64,000 nt of DNA from positions 470,266 through 534,265 of the forward strand of contig CAVQWH010000001.1 of assembly GCA_963717595.1 (NCBI GenBank), in the 5' to 3' direction. The stretch's first letter is position 1. The number at the start of each line of letters is the position of its first letter. Shown piece by piece: positions 38,668 to 48,399 of this stretch. This stretch comes from an uncultured Candidatus Saccharibacteria bacterium (GTDB taxonomy: Bacteria > Patescibacteriota > Saccharimonadia > Saccharimonadales > Saccharimonadaceae). The notes beneath the pieces are model-generated. The model did not search any database, was not told where the DNA came from, and saw only the letters and a list, made by a program, of their open reading frames with translations. The translations under genes and the position numbers were made by a program.

Positions 38668-40020
38668 GTGCGCAAGCTCGGAATCCTCATCGTCCTGGCC
38701 GCTGTGGTCGGGATGATTTTCACTGCGTTGCCCGCTACCGCCTCGGCAGCTTGGACCCACCTGGGGGGATATCCCCTCTTTTCGGGCATTCCCAACGCTA
38801 GTCAGGAAGGTCGCGATAAGTTCGTCGAAGACATGCTCTCGCCTTACGGTGTTCTTGCTCAGAAGCGCGCTGGCCTGAATAAGGCCGAAAGGCGTGCTTT
38901 CAAGCAGGCGCTGGTTCATGGCGAATTTAAGAAGTGCACGCTCCACTACGGGGATCACTTCGAAGCCATGTCTTTCGGGACTGAACCCATGCTCGTGGAC
39001 AAGGACGTCACGTTTGAAGACGAACGCTACAAGAGCCACGGCTCCCCGGCGTTTTGCGTCAACTTTCGTGTCGGCCACACTCTCACCCGCGTGAAGGCCC
39101 CGTTTGTATGCGAGAACTTCTCCGTGATGTGGAGAAGGCGTGTCCGTATTTCCCATCCTCATCCGCACGTTCGCAAGAAGGGCTGGGGGAAGCTGGTAAA
39201 GGTCACTAAGGACGCCAACGGTGTTAAGACCGAAACGCCCACGAACACTCTTCGTTGGCATATAAAGGTCAAGGCTCCCAAGTGGCGTAACGCCAAGACC
39301 TGGACCCTGGCCCTCAAGCACGACCCGGAACGCCTCGGTGCTTACCCCTGTGGTACCAAGGTTACCTTGGCAGAGGTTAAGCCCATCGGGCCTGACCTTT
39401 GGACGGTCGAGGGTGCGCGCAAGCAAACCATGACCATCTGCCATCGGGCGAAGGTCGTCTTCTACAACCGACAGAAAGGCGGAACGCCTCCCGAAGAAGA
39501 ACACGGGAGCATCTGCAGCGAAAACGCAGTGAACAACGGTGATGTCTGTGGTGGCACTTGTAACACCACCACGATCATCGTGGGCAGTGGCAACCACGTC
39601 GAAAACAACGTGGAATGCAAGCCGGAAGAACCGCCCGTGTGTACCACGTGTGTGTGCGAAGGCAGCTGCCCGCCGCCCGTCGAACAGTCGATCAGGATTA
39701 CCTCCTGGACCGAAATGAACGACATCCCGGTCGGGAAGTCCAGTGACAACTTCCACGTCGGCGTGTATGCGTCCGATGGGGGAGGAGCTCTGACCATCGA
39801 TCCGGGTAACGGCGGCGTCAACGTCTGCGGGAGTACGCAGCCAGTGATCACGACGTACGTTGTTTCCTTGCAGAAAGGGAGCAATGACGTCTGCGTCAAA
39901 CTGTTTGCCCCCAAAGACACGACGGCGACGTCCATGACGGTGACGGCAACGGCAGTACTCGGGAGCAAGAGTGACGTTAAGTCGCAAACGTTCTCGATCA
40001 GTCACTCCATCCGCCCGTAG
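38668..40020 (+). CDS. GC-rich secreted Cys-rich protein (450 aa from GTG), unknown family
   Basis: GTG 38668 is preceded by aggaaggtga. Signal peptide VRKLGILIVLAAVVGMIFTALPATASA. About 15 Cys, including CTTCVCEGSCPPP. Codons are GC3-rich. The track ORF start at 38536 is probably too far upstream. Confidence 0.65.
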   Translation: MRKLGILIVLAAVVGMIFTALPATASAAWTHLGGYPLFSGIPNASQEGRDKFVEDMLSPYGVLAQKRAGLNKAERRAFKQALVHGEFKKCTLHYGDHFEAMSFGTEPMLVDKDVTFEDERYKSHGSPAFCVNFRVGHTLTRVKAPFVCENFSVMWRRRVRISHPHPHVRKKGWGKLVKVTKDANGVKTETPTNTLRWHIKVKAPKWRNAKTWTLALKHDPERLGAYPCGTKVTLAEVKPIGPDLWTVEGARKQTMTICHRAKVVFYNRQKGGTPPEEEHGSICSENAVNNGDVCGGTCNTTTIIVGSGNHVENNVECKPEEPPVCTTCVCEGSCPPPVEQSIRITSWTEMNDIPVGKSSDNFHVGVYASDGGGALTIDPGNGGVNVCGSTQPVITTYVVSLQKGSNDVCVKLFAPKDTTATSMTVTATAVLGSKSDVKSQTFSISHSIRP

Positions 40021-40047
40021 GTCGGTTGGGCAATAGTAGTCGGTTAG

Positions 40048-40073
40048 GCCAGGGCGCTTTCGAGCGCCCTGGC
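40048..40073 (+). terminator. GC-rich stem-loop after the secreted-protein gene (no U-tract)
   Basis: gccagggcgct (40048-40058) ttcg agcgccctggc (40063-40073). A second 11-bp stem lies at 40079-40089 / 40114-40124. Confidence 0.45.
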
Positions 40074-40133
40074 CGGCCGGCTGCTTCTCTCTCCGCCAAC
40101 TGGTGGATCGATTGAGAAGCAGCCGCAAATCAA

Positions 40134-40162
40134 CCTTAAAGATGTAATGACTATCTAGTTTG
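40134..40162. repeat. right arm of an inverted repeat bracketing the GC-rich cassette
   Basis: ccttaaaga-tgta-atgactatctagtttg. Confidence 0.8.
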
Positions 40163-40198
40163 TAATTTATTCAAGCATATTAGTATGAAAGGAGATTA

Positions 40199-40924
40199 AT
40201 GATGAAACGTATTTTATCATTAGCTGCTGTAGTAACAAGTATTTTTACTGTTGCTGTAGGCGTGTTGGGTGTTATTTCTAACCCCGTATTCGCTGCGAGC
40301 CCTGGTCAATTGGCTGGTGGCGATAACTATTTAGTTAAGAATTTGACTCAAGGCGGTGCATACGCTAATAACGTAAGCGCTACCTGTAAAGACGAAGTGC
40401 AATTTAGTATGCAATTAAGTAATACTGAGTATGGCGCTTTAAATAATGTAACCTTTAAGGCTACATTACCAAGTGGCGGTGGTACAAGTACTGCTACTGC
40501 AACCACTAGCTTAGGTGGTACGACTGGTACGTCTGATACTGCTAGCGTAACACTTGGCGCAAACCAAACTATCAGCTATGAAGCTGGTTCAACAGTACTT
40601 TACGATGGCAATGGCGGTGTTATCCAAACACTCGGTGACGGTGTGACAAATGGTGGTGTGAACATTGGAACAATCGATGGTTCAACAACTGAATTTGTTA
40701 ACTTTAAAGCAAAAGTTAACTGCGAAACTCCTCCAGTAACCCCTCCTGTTACGCCTCCGACCCCTAAGACACCTACCCAACCTACACCAAGCACACCAGC
40801 TAGCTTGCCAGCTACTGGTCCTGAAGCTCTTGCGAGCGGTGTTATGGGTTCCGGTGCACTAGGTTATGGTGTACGCCGCTGGCTCGTCAGCCGTCGTGCT
40901 TTGCGCGATGCGCTGAAACGCTAA
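40199..40924 (+). CDS. LPXTG-type cell-surface protein
   Basis: Signal peptide, TPPVTPPVTPPTPKTPTQPTP linker, LPATG followed by a hydrophobic stretch and a basic tail. Confidence 0.75.
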   Translation: MMKRILSLAAVVTSIFTVAVGVLGVISNPVFAASPGQLAGGDNYLVKNLTQGGAYANNVSATCKDEVQFSMQLSNTEYGALNNVTFKATLPSGGGTSTATATTSLGGTTGTSDTASVTLGANQTISYEAGSTVLYDGNGGVIQTLGDGVTNGGVNIGTIDGSTTEFVNFKAKVNCETPPVTPPVTPPTPKTPTQPTPSTPASLPATGPEALASGVMGSGALGYGVRRWLVSRRALRDALKR

Positions 40925-40990
40925 GCCGTGTGAATTTTGCCTGACCGCTCCCTCCCCTCAACGAGAGGTGGCTCGTTAGGAAAACCTTAG

Positions 40991-41020
40991 TACCCCCTGT
41001 TTTTAGGGGGTATTTTGGTT
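40991..41020. terminator. bidirectional intrinsic terminator
   Basis: taccccct (40991-40998) / agggggta (41005-41012), followed by a T-rich tract. Confidence 0.6.
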
Positions 41021-41024
41021 TGTG

Positions 41025-41192
41025 TCAATCTATACCTTGGCCTAGCTTGTAGCCGACCCAAATTCCTAAAATTCCGCCAAGAGAGCTAGTTATTATTGAC
41101 CAACCGCCAAAAGCACTGCCTCCCCATATTGCGGGAACATAGCCGCCTATGATAGAGCCAACTATTAAGCACAGCATAATAATCTTTTTCAT
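41025..41192 (-). CDS. small Gly-rich two-TM membrane protein (55 aa)
   Basis: Minus-strand ATG at 41192. MKKIIMLCLIVGSIIGGYVPAIWGGSAFGGWSIITSSLGGILGIWVGYKLGQGID. It is below the track cutoff. Confidence 0.4.
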   Translation of the reverse strand: MKKIIMLCLIVGSIIGGYVPAIWGGSAFGGWSIITSSLGGILGIWVGYKLGQGID

Positions 41193-41273
41193 AACTCTAT
41201 TGTAGCTAGCTTAAGCGTAAAAAGAAATTGCTCTCTAAAGCGAGGGTTATGTATACTAAGGTTATTAAAGAAG

Positions 41274-42511
41274 GTGGGAACTAATTTGAGTTTTTATAAA
41301 AAGACAATTGCTGATTTACCTCTGGACAGTCAAGTAGTTTTAGTACGTGCTGACTACAATGTACCACTTGATGATGAAACAGGTAAGATTGCTAACGATT
41401 ATAGAATTATCCAAAGCCTGCCTACCATAAGGCGTTTGCTGGATAGACACTGTACAGTAGTAATTTGTAGCCATCTGGCCGCCCTAAAGGCAAAAAAGTC
41501 CCTGAATTGACTTTAGAGCCAATTGCTAAACGCCTACAAGAACTATTGAATAAAGATGTGAAGTTTGTGCCTGCAGCTACTGGCGATCAAGTTAGCCAAA
41601 CAGTTAAAAACACCAGTAAGGGATCGGTAATTTTACTGGAAAACCTGCGTTTTTATCCGGGTGAAGAAGCCAATGATGAGAAGTTTGCTAAAGCACTAGC
41701 TAAGAGCAGTCGTGCCCGTTATTTTGTCCAAGATGGCTTTGGTGTAGTGCATAGGAAGCATGCTAGCACTAGCGCCATCACACAGTTCTTGCCAAGCGTA
41801 GCAGGCCTCTTGATAGTAAAGGAATACAATCACATTTTAGGAGCCATACATAATCCTAAAAGACCTCTGGTTACAATAATCGGCGGCGCAAAAATCCATG
41901 ATAAGCTGCCGCTTATAAAGAGATTCATTGATTTTGCCGACGAAATAATAATCGGCGGCGCTGTAGCTAATTCGTTTTTGGCTTTTAAAGGCTATAAAAT
42001 AGGCAAAAGTGATGTAGACAGAAGTTTAGACGATGTGATTGCCAATATTTATAAATTAGTCGAGAAAAAGGTCGGCGCTCAAAATGTTGATGACTTTCTT
42101 CTTTTGCCAAGTGACGTGGCAGTGTCTTTTAGTAAAGATCATACCGCTGAAAGGGATGAAATAAAGCTGGACGAAATCAAGCCGGATGAATTTATTTTAG
42201 ATATGGGGCCTGAATCTATTGAATACACTACACAGAGAATCGAACAGGCAAAAACAGTAATCTGGAACGGCACACTTGGGCTTGCTGAGATTCCACAATT
42301 TGCTTACGGTTCCGCGCGGGTAGCTTTGAGTTTAGCAGAAAATTCCAACGTAACCTCAGTAATAGGCGGCGGTGACACGGCAGAATTTGTGCTGGACTGG
42401 GATGCAAAGAACGGCGGCAGCTTTACTCATGTATCGACTGGCGGGGGAGCTAGTTTAGAGTTAATGGCAGGCGAAAAGTTGCCAGGAGTTGAGGCGCTTA
42501 TAAATGCGTAG
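41274..42511 (+). CDS. pgk: phosphoglycerate kinase, split by a -1 frameshift
   Basis: ORFs 41274..41510 and 41507..42511. Adding one G at 41476-41478 restores SHLGRPKGKKVPELTLEPIAKRL. Confidence 0.85.
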
Positions 42512-42549
42512 TACACTAAATGGAAGAACAGCATAAGCAAAATAAGTAA

Positions 42550-43350
42550 ATGACCAGTAAAAACAAGACTTTAATCATCGGTAACTGGAAAATGCATCTT
42601 GATACTCATCAAGCCAGTTTGTATCTGCACTCTTTAAGCCAGAAAGTTCCGGTTCATAAAGACGTTGAGGTTGTGTTGTGCCCGACGCTTTTGAGTTTGC
42701 AAACACTGAGTTTACAGATTGATAGAAAGCAATTTAAACTTGGCGCGCAAAATTCTTATTGGCGTGACGAAGGTGCTTATACTGGTGAAGTTTCTGCAAC
42801 TATGCTGCGCGGCGTAGTTGATTACATTTTGGTGGGTCATTCTGAAAGACGCCATATTTTTAATGAGATTGATAAAGACATCCGTGCCAAAGTTCAGGCA
42901 GTTTTACGAAATAGAATTACTCCTGTTTTGTGTGTTGGAGAAACTGCTACAGAACGCACTGCTAATGAAACCAAGCAAGTTTTACAAGATCAAGTTGCGG
43001 GAGGATTAGCTAATGTTACCTCTGATGAACTTTCTGATGTAGTGTTGGCCTACGAACCCGTATGGGCGATTGGTACAGGTGACAATGCTAAGCCTAGTGA
43101 CATTGTTGAAGCATTTGGAATTATCCGCAGGGAAATTTCTGATCTTTATGGTGACAAAGCTGCTAAAGACGTAAAAATACTTTATGGGGGCAGCGTGGAT
43201 AAAGACAATGCCGCTGATTATTTAAAAGATAAAAACGTAAACGGCTTATTAATAGGAGGTGCTAGTTTACAAGCTGAAACATTTTCGGAAATAGTTAAAC
43301 AAGCTCATAAACTGCATAAAACTAGCAAAGCGAAAGGCGGTAAATCATGA
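42550..43350 (+). CDS. tpiA: triosephosphate isomerase
   Basis: NWKMH, VGHSERR, AYEPVWAIGTG motifs. Confidence 0.9.
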   Translation: MTSKNKTLIIGNWKMHLDTHQASLYLHSLSQKVPVHKDVEVVLCPTLLSLQTLSLQIDRKQFKLGAQNSYWRDEGAYTGEVSATMLRGVVDYILVGHSERRHIFNEIDKDIRAKVQAVLRNRITPVLCVGETATERTANETKQVLQDQVAGGLANVTSDELSDVVLAYEPVWAIGTGDNAKPSDIVEAFGIIRREISDLYGDKAAKDVKILYGGSVDKDNAADYLKDKNVNGLLIGGASLQAETFSEIVKQAHKLHKTSKAKGGKS

Positions 43351-44426
43351 ATCCAGATCCTGATTTGAATGAATTAGATAAAGCAGTTGACTCACTAGCT
43401 AATAACACTAGCAAAACTTCGCAGCCTAACAGTGGCGCGCAATCTAGTGGCAGTGATGATTCTAGCTCACCACTCAAGCCACATGCTAAAAAAGGCCGCT
43501 TTATGGATGTAGTTCATCCGTCAGCTGACATGACTTCTACCAGTGCCCCATCTGCCTCTGAGCCAGATGGGATAACTACTTCTTATGTTGGTAAAACCAT
43601 AACACCGGCTAGTAAAGACGTAAAACCTGATCCTGTGCCTGAAAAGAACGTTGATGATTTGCCAGTAGTTAAACAGTTGTCACCAATTGAAGATGCAGAT
43701 CCAAGCTCACTTGTAGCAACTCCGGATATCGCAGAAATTAAAAAGCCCGATCCGCTTGAAGAAGCTGCTAAGAAGGAGCGGGAAAGAGTGGCCCGAGACG
43801 GCGCAAAGCAACGCAAGGAAGAGCGTGAAGCGGATAGTAAAAAGCCAAGTGCAGAAGATAAAGGTAAGCCCGAAGCTTCTGACGAAAGCTCCAAGACGAA
43901 GGATGAATCTAGTAAGAATAAAGCGGAAGAAAAGCCCTTATTCTTGGAAGGAGCCAAGGTTGAAAAGCGGCCTTTAGGTGCCTTTAACGATGACACTAAA
44001 AGCTCCGCGGAAGAAAATAACCGACCAGCTTTGACTCTTAACGGTAAAGAAAAAGATGATGCACAAAAAGTTACCACTCCGCCTCCGCCGCCTGAATTCA
44101 ATAAGGAAGTAGTTGCGCTGGAAGCTAGCGATGAATCAAGTCTGGAAAGTGATGAATCTCCTAAGCTCCCCGAACACAAAAAAGAAAAAGATTTAAAGAA
44201 AAAAGAAGTAGAAAAACTATCTCTTCCCCCTCAGTACAAGCAGGCCATCAAACAGAAAAGTGGTGACGCTCAGTCTTCTATCTACGAACCAGCTGTTTTT
44301 GATGCTTTTGCTGATAGTAACACACCATCTAGCACTAAGCCTTGGATGTGGGCGATTATATTTTTAGGAATTATTGCGCTTGGCGTAGCTTTGGCGCTTG
44401 GCACATTCTTTGTGGTGGGGGATTAA
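43347..44426 (+). CDS. Lys/Glu/Ser/Pro-rich low-complexity protein with a C-terminal TM anchor
   Basis: 359 aa. Overlaps the tpiA stop (ATGA). The only TM helix is at the extreme C-terminus. Confidence 0.45.
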   Translation: MNPDPDLNELDKAVDSLANNTSKTSQPNSGAQSSGSDDSSSPLKPHAKKGRFMDVVHPSADMTSTSAPSASEPDGITTSYVGKTITPASKDVKPDPVPEKNVDDLPVVKQLSPIEDADPSSLVATPDIAEIKKPDPLEEAAKKERERVARDGAKQRKEEREADSKKPSAEDKGKPEASDESSKTKDESSKNKAEEKPLFLEGAKVEKRPLGAFNDDTKSSAEENNRPALTLNGKEKDDAQKVTTPPPPPEFNKEVVALEASDESSLESDESPKLPEHKKEKDLKKKEVEKLSLPPQYKQAIKQKSGDAQSSIYEPAVFDAFADSNTPSSTKPWMWAIIFLGIIALGVALALGTFFVVGD

Positions 44427-44470
44427 ACCACAACAGATTAGTTACATAGATTCTTGTACAATTTTAAATA

Positions 44471-46588
44471 ATGAGTCATATACTTGAAGGTCTCAATCCA
44501 GCCCAATCAGAGGCAGTGGTCAACTATGATGGACCACTGTTGATTTTAGCTGGAGCTGGATCAGGTAAGACTAAGACCTTAACCCACCGTATAGCATATT
44601 TGTTGGCTGAAAAACACGTTGCTCCTAATCAAATCCTAGCTGTGACCTTCACTAACAAAGCCGCTAAAGAAATGCGCCAGCGGCTAGGCCACTTAGTTGG
44701 TGTACCTGGCGAAGAAAGGCATTTCATGCCCTGGATGGGCACATTTCACTCGATTTGTGTTCGTATATTAAGGCGCGACGGCGAAAATATTAAAATACCA
44801 AAGAACTTTATTATTTACGACCAAGCCGACAGGCTAGGGGTCGTAAAGCAAGCTATGCGAGAGCTGGGAATAAGCGAAAAACAATTTACGCCACGAAGTA
44901 TAGCCGGCATGATTAGCAGTGCTAAGAACGATCTGGTTACAACTCAAGAATTTGCCGCTAAAGCTAAGCTCCCTGCCCAAAAAGTGGCTGCTGACGTTTG
45001 GCCTCGTTACGAAAAGCTACGCCGCGAAGCTATGGCCTTAGATTTTGATGATTTGATAGCCGAGACAGTCCGCCTACTTTCTGAAGTTCAACCGATTAGA
45101 GAAAGCTACCGACAGCAATTTAAGTATATTTTAATCGACGAGTATCAAGATACCAATGCGGCCCAGTATAGGCTTATAAAAACTTTGGTTAATGAGCAAA
45201 AAAATATCTGTGTAGTTGGCGATGACTGGCAATCCATATATAGTTGGCGCGGCGCGGATTACACCAATATTCTTAATTTTGAAAAAGATTTTCCGGGAAC
45301 TAAGGTGGTCAAATTAGAGCAGAATTATCGTTCTACAAAACATATTCTAGATGCAGCACATCAGGTGATATCTAAAAATATTAATCGTTCTAACAAAAAA
45401 CTTTGGACATCGGCAGACGGCGGTTTACCGGTGCAAGTTAGCGAAGTTTCAAGTGAGCAACACGAAGCAGAATCAGTTGTCTTAAAGATTTCTAGCGCTG
45501 TTAATATGCAAGCTCGCTGCTATAGAGACCACGCAGTTTTGTATCGCACGAATGCCCAGAGCCGAAGCCTGGAAGAAACTTTTGTGCGCTATAATATTCC
45601 ATATCGAGTGGTTGGCGGAACGCGCTTTTATGACAGGGCGGAAATTAAGGACATCTTGGCTTACTTAAGATTGATATACCAGCCAAATGATAGAGCAAGT
45701 TTTTTAAGAATGGTCAATGTGCCTACTAGGGGGCTTGGCTCTACTTCAGTTGAGAAATTTTTAACTTGGCACGATAAAACTACAAAAGATATTATTACCA
45801 GCCTAAGCGAAGCCGAAACGTGTCCTGACGTGCAGCCTCGTGCACGTAAGCAGTTTGCGGAGCTAGGAGAAGCGATGCAGCGCTTAGCTTCAGAGAGTGA
45901 AAAGACACCTTTGCCAGAATTTATCGAACTAGTTATTAGACGGTTTGGATATTTAGACTATTTAGCGGACGGCAGCCCGCAGGCCGAAGATCGTCAAGCT
46001 AACGTGAAGGAACTTATATCAGTAGCTAGAGAGTATAGTCAACTAGGACTAGCTGGATTTTTAGAAGAAGTAGCCTTGATATCCGACCTCGATAGCTTAG
46101 ACGAAAATAGCGATGCTGTGACTTTGATGACCCTTCACGCCGCTAAAGGCCTGGAGTTTCCAGTAGTTTTCATGACTGGTATGGAGGAGAGCATTTTTCC
46201 TCTTTCCAAGGCTCTATATGATGCTAGCGAAATGGAAGAAGAGCGGCGCCTTTGCTACGTGGGGATGACTAGAGCAAAGGAAGAGCTACATTTACTGGCT
46301 GCCCGATCACGGCTTATTTATGGAAACAGGCAGTATAATCCACCATCCCAGTTTTTAAGCGATATTGACGGGAAAGCCTCTCTTTCTCCTGCCCAACCGC
46401 AAGACGACTTAACAGAGCCGCGTGTAGTTCCTGAAGGTATTGAGGTTAACGTGGGCGATAAAATTAAACATCGAATATTTGGAATAGGTAAGATCACTGC
46501 CATTGAAGGCACGACTGCAAGCGTGGAGTTTGCAGGACGAGGTCTGAAAAAACTAGATATGTCTTTTGCACCCGTGGAAAAGGTATAA
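44471..46588 (+). CDS. pcrA: UvrD/PcrA-family ATP-dependent DNA helicase
   Basis: AGAGSGKT, DEYQDTN, TLHAAKGLEFP motifs. Confidence 0.9.
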   Translation: MSHILEGLNPAQSEAVVNYDGPLLILAGAGSGKTKTLTHRIAYLLAEKHVAPNQILAVTFTNKAAKEMRQRLGHLVGVPGEERHFMPWMGTFHSICVRILRRDGENIKIPKNFIIYDQADRLGVVKQAMRELGISEKQFTPRSIAGMISSAKNDLVTTQEFAAKAKLPAQKVAADVWPRYEKLRREAMALDFDDLIAETVRLLSEVQPIRESYRQQFKYILIDEYQDTNAAQYRLIKTLVNEQKNICVVGDDWQSIYSWRGADYTNILNFEKDFPGTKVVKLEQNYRSTKHILDAAHQVISKNINRSNKKLWTSADGGLPVQVSEVSSEQHEAESVVLKISSAVNMQARCYRDHAVLYRTNAQSRSLEETFVRYNIPYRVVGGTRFYDRAEIKDILAYLRLIYQPNDRASFLRMVNVPTRGLGSTSVEKFLTWHDKTTKDIITSLSEAETCPDVQPRARKQFAELGEAMQRLASESEKTPLPEFIELVIRRFGYLDYLADGSPQAEDRQANVKELISVAREYSQLGLAGFLEEVALISDLDSLDENSDAVTLMTLHAAKGLEFPVVFMTGMEESIFPLSKALYDASEMEEERRLCYVGMTRAKEELHLLAARSRLIYGNRQYNPPSQFLSDIDGKASLSPAQPQDDLTEPRVVPEGIEVNVGDKIKHRIFGIGKITAIEGTTASVEFAGRGLKKLDMSFAPVEKV

Positions 46589-47064
46589 TGCGCCGCATTT
46601 ATAATTATTTAGGAAAAGTAGCATATGCGGGCCTTTTTGTGAGCGCAGGGATTTGGCTTCGTCTTAGTAATTCCCGAAGAGTTAGAATTATGGTTTTTGA
46701 CAAAAAAGACCGGCTACTTTTGCTGCGTAATTGGCTTGGGCCGCAAAACTGGGCGCTACCAGGGGGCGGGTGTAGATATCTGGAGACAGACCAAGCAGCA
46801 GCCGTAAGAGAACTGTATGAAGAAACTGGCATTAAAGTTGATGCAAAACAGCTGAAGTTTGTGTATGAATATAAACACCCTGGTTTAGGCTACGCTGCAC
46901 CAGTTTATACTGTTAAAATTAATAAGGTGGTTGAGTCTAAACCGATTAAGAGAATTAACAAGTTAGAAATCATTGACCAAGCATGGTTTAAAGCCGGCGA
47001 TATACCAAAAGAAAGTCCGCAAGTAAAAGAAGCCCTTAGGCAGTTGCAGGCAGCGGACAAATAA
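46588..47064 (+). CDS. NUDIX hydrolase
   Basis: Nudix box GGGCRYLETDQAAAVRELYEETG. Confidence 0.8.
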   Translation: MRRIYNYLGKVAYAGLFVSAGIWLRLSNSRRVRIMVFDKKDRLLLLRNWLGPQNWALPGGGCRYLETDQAAAVRELYEETGIKVDAKQLKFVYEYKHPGLGYAAPVYTVKINKVVESKPIKRINKLEIIDQAWFKAGDIPKESPQVKEALRQLQAADK

Positions 47065-47091
47065 GCTATACTAATCGCCAGCCACATTGTT

Positions 47092-48240
47092 TTGGCGTTT
47101 GTTTGTTTTATGACATATAGTGTTGAGAAATTACGGGTCCGTTACAGAGCGGTAGCTGCCTTTTGCGCTAGCCTAGCCGGTCTTTTGTTATTTATGGTAG
47201 CTGCTCAAAGTCTCGTTAGCAGCGTACAGGCTGTAAATGGCAAAGTCGTTACTATTCACGACCAAAACAAAGAAAAAATCGTAATTACTAAATCGAAAAC
47301 AGTAGCCGACGCGCTTAAAAACGCCCACATCTCTCTCAATAAAGCCGACGTTGTAGAACCTAGTTTAAACACCCAAATAGTCAGTAGCCACTACCAGATA
47401 AACGTTTATCGCGCTTATCCGGTGTTGATTGTTGATGGTCTAGCCGAGTCACGAATTACCACCGCTTACCAAGATGCTGATCAGATTACTCAGGCTGCCC
47501 ATATTAAGCTTTATGACGAAGACAAAACTACCTTGACTCAAATCAATGATCCTTTACAAGGTGGTGGAGCTGGTCTGAAACTGACTATTGAGCGGGCTAC
47601 GCCGTTTAATCTTGTTTTATATGGCCAAACTGTGACCGCTCGCACTCAAGCCAAGACAGTTGGCGACATGCTTCAAGAAAAGGGCGTCAAGCTTGGCAAA
47701 AAAGATCAGGTTTCTGTGCCGCTAAATACTCCGATTCAAAAAGGCATGAAGGTTGAAGTTTGGAGAAATGGTAAGCAGACTGTGACTCGTGAAGAAACAG
47801 TTGCATTTCCTGTTAAGCAAATTCAAGACCTTGATAGGCCCGTTGGCTATCATTCAGTTCAAACCCCAGGTGTCCCCGGTAAGCAAACAGTTACCTACGA
47901 AATTATTGTTAAAAATGGCAAGGAAGTCAGTAGAAAAGTCATTCAACGGGTAATTACTCAACAACCAAAACAACAGGTTGAGGTTATAGGTGCTAAGCCA
48001 AGCTTTAGCGGCGGCCTTGCTGGGGCTATGACTAAGCTAAGAGGTTGTGAATCTGGTGGCAATTATGCCAACAAAAATAATCCACTTTATCGTGGCGCGT
48101 ATCAGTTTAGCTACAGCACGTGGGGCGACTTTGGCGGTTACTATGATCCTGCTGATGCTCCGCCCGCCGTGCAAGACAAAGCCGCCTTACAGCTTTACCA
48201 AAGAAGCGGCTGGTCCCCTGGGGATGTGCAAGCATATTAG
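47092..48240 (+). CDS. Rpf-like muralytic protein (DUF348-like repeats, G5 domain, transglycosylase-like domain); C-terminus probably frameshifted
   Basis: C-terminal CESGGNYANKNNPLYRGAYQFSYSTWGDFGG. Adding one C to the C4 run at 48215-48218 gives GWSPWGCAS, restoring the usual second Cys. Confidence 0.7.
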   Translation: MAFVCFMTYSVEKLRVRYRAVAAFCASLAGLLLFMVAAQSLVSSVQAVNGKVVTIHDQNKEKIVITKSKTVADALKNAHISLNKADVVEPSLNTQIVSSHYQINVYRAYPVLIVDGLAESRITTAYQDADQITQAAHIKLYDEDKTTLTQINDPLQGGGAGLKLTIERATPFNLVLYGQTVTARTQAKTVGDMLQEKGVKLGKKDQVSVPLNTPIQKGMKVEVWRNGKQTVTREETVAFPVKQIQDLDRPVGYHSVQTPGVPGKQTVTYEIIVKNGKEVSRKVIQRVITQQPKQQVEVIGAKPSFSGGLAGAMTKLRGCESGGNYANKNNPLYRGAYQFSYSTWGDFGGYYDPADAPPAVQDKAALQLYQRSGWSPGDVQAY

Positions 48241-48399
48241 GCTTACCAGATATTTATAGATAAAAATTAAAATATAAATGGAGGAATTATGAAACATCGT
48301 TTTGATGGTTACAATCACATAGTTCGTTTAGAACGTGGCGAAAAGTTAAGCCGCTCTCAGAGTAAAGATATCGGTCTAAAGTTGTTGGATGTGTAAGTT

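Noticed and set aside
38512-40128. A 538-aa minus-strand ORF (and nested ORF 39462..39968) spanning the whole GC-rich cassette
   Set aside because: It is antisense to the plus-strand gene, which has an RBS, a signal peptide and a terminator. Long stop-free antisense frames are expected in GC3-rich DNA. The translation is Arg/Gly/Pro-rich with no start context.
43583-44179. A 198-aa minus-strand ORF and plus-strand ORF 43756..43977 inside the low-complexity gene
   Set aside because: These are alternative frames of a compositionally biased (K/E/S) coding region. The plus-strand 359-aa ORF is coupled to tpiA and has the TM anchor.
48289-48396. A 35-codon ORF (MKHRFDGYNHIVRLERGEKLSRSQSKDIGLKLLDV) with RBS between rpf and rsmA
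   Set aside because: It may be a fragment of a larger gene or a spurious ORF. The resemblance to a PCC/DUF296 N-terminus is too weak to call without a search.
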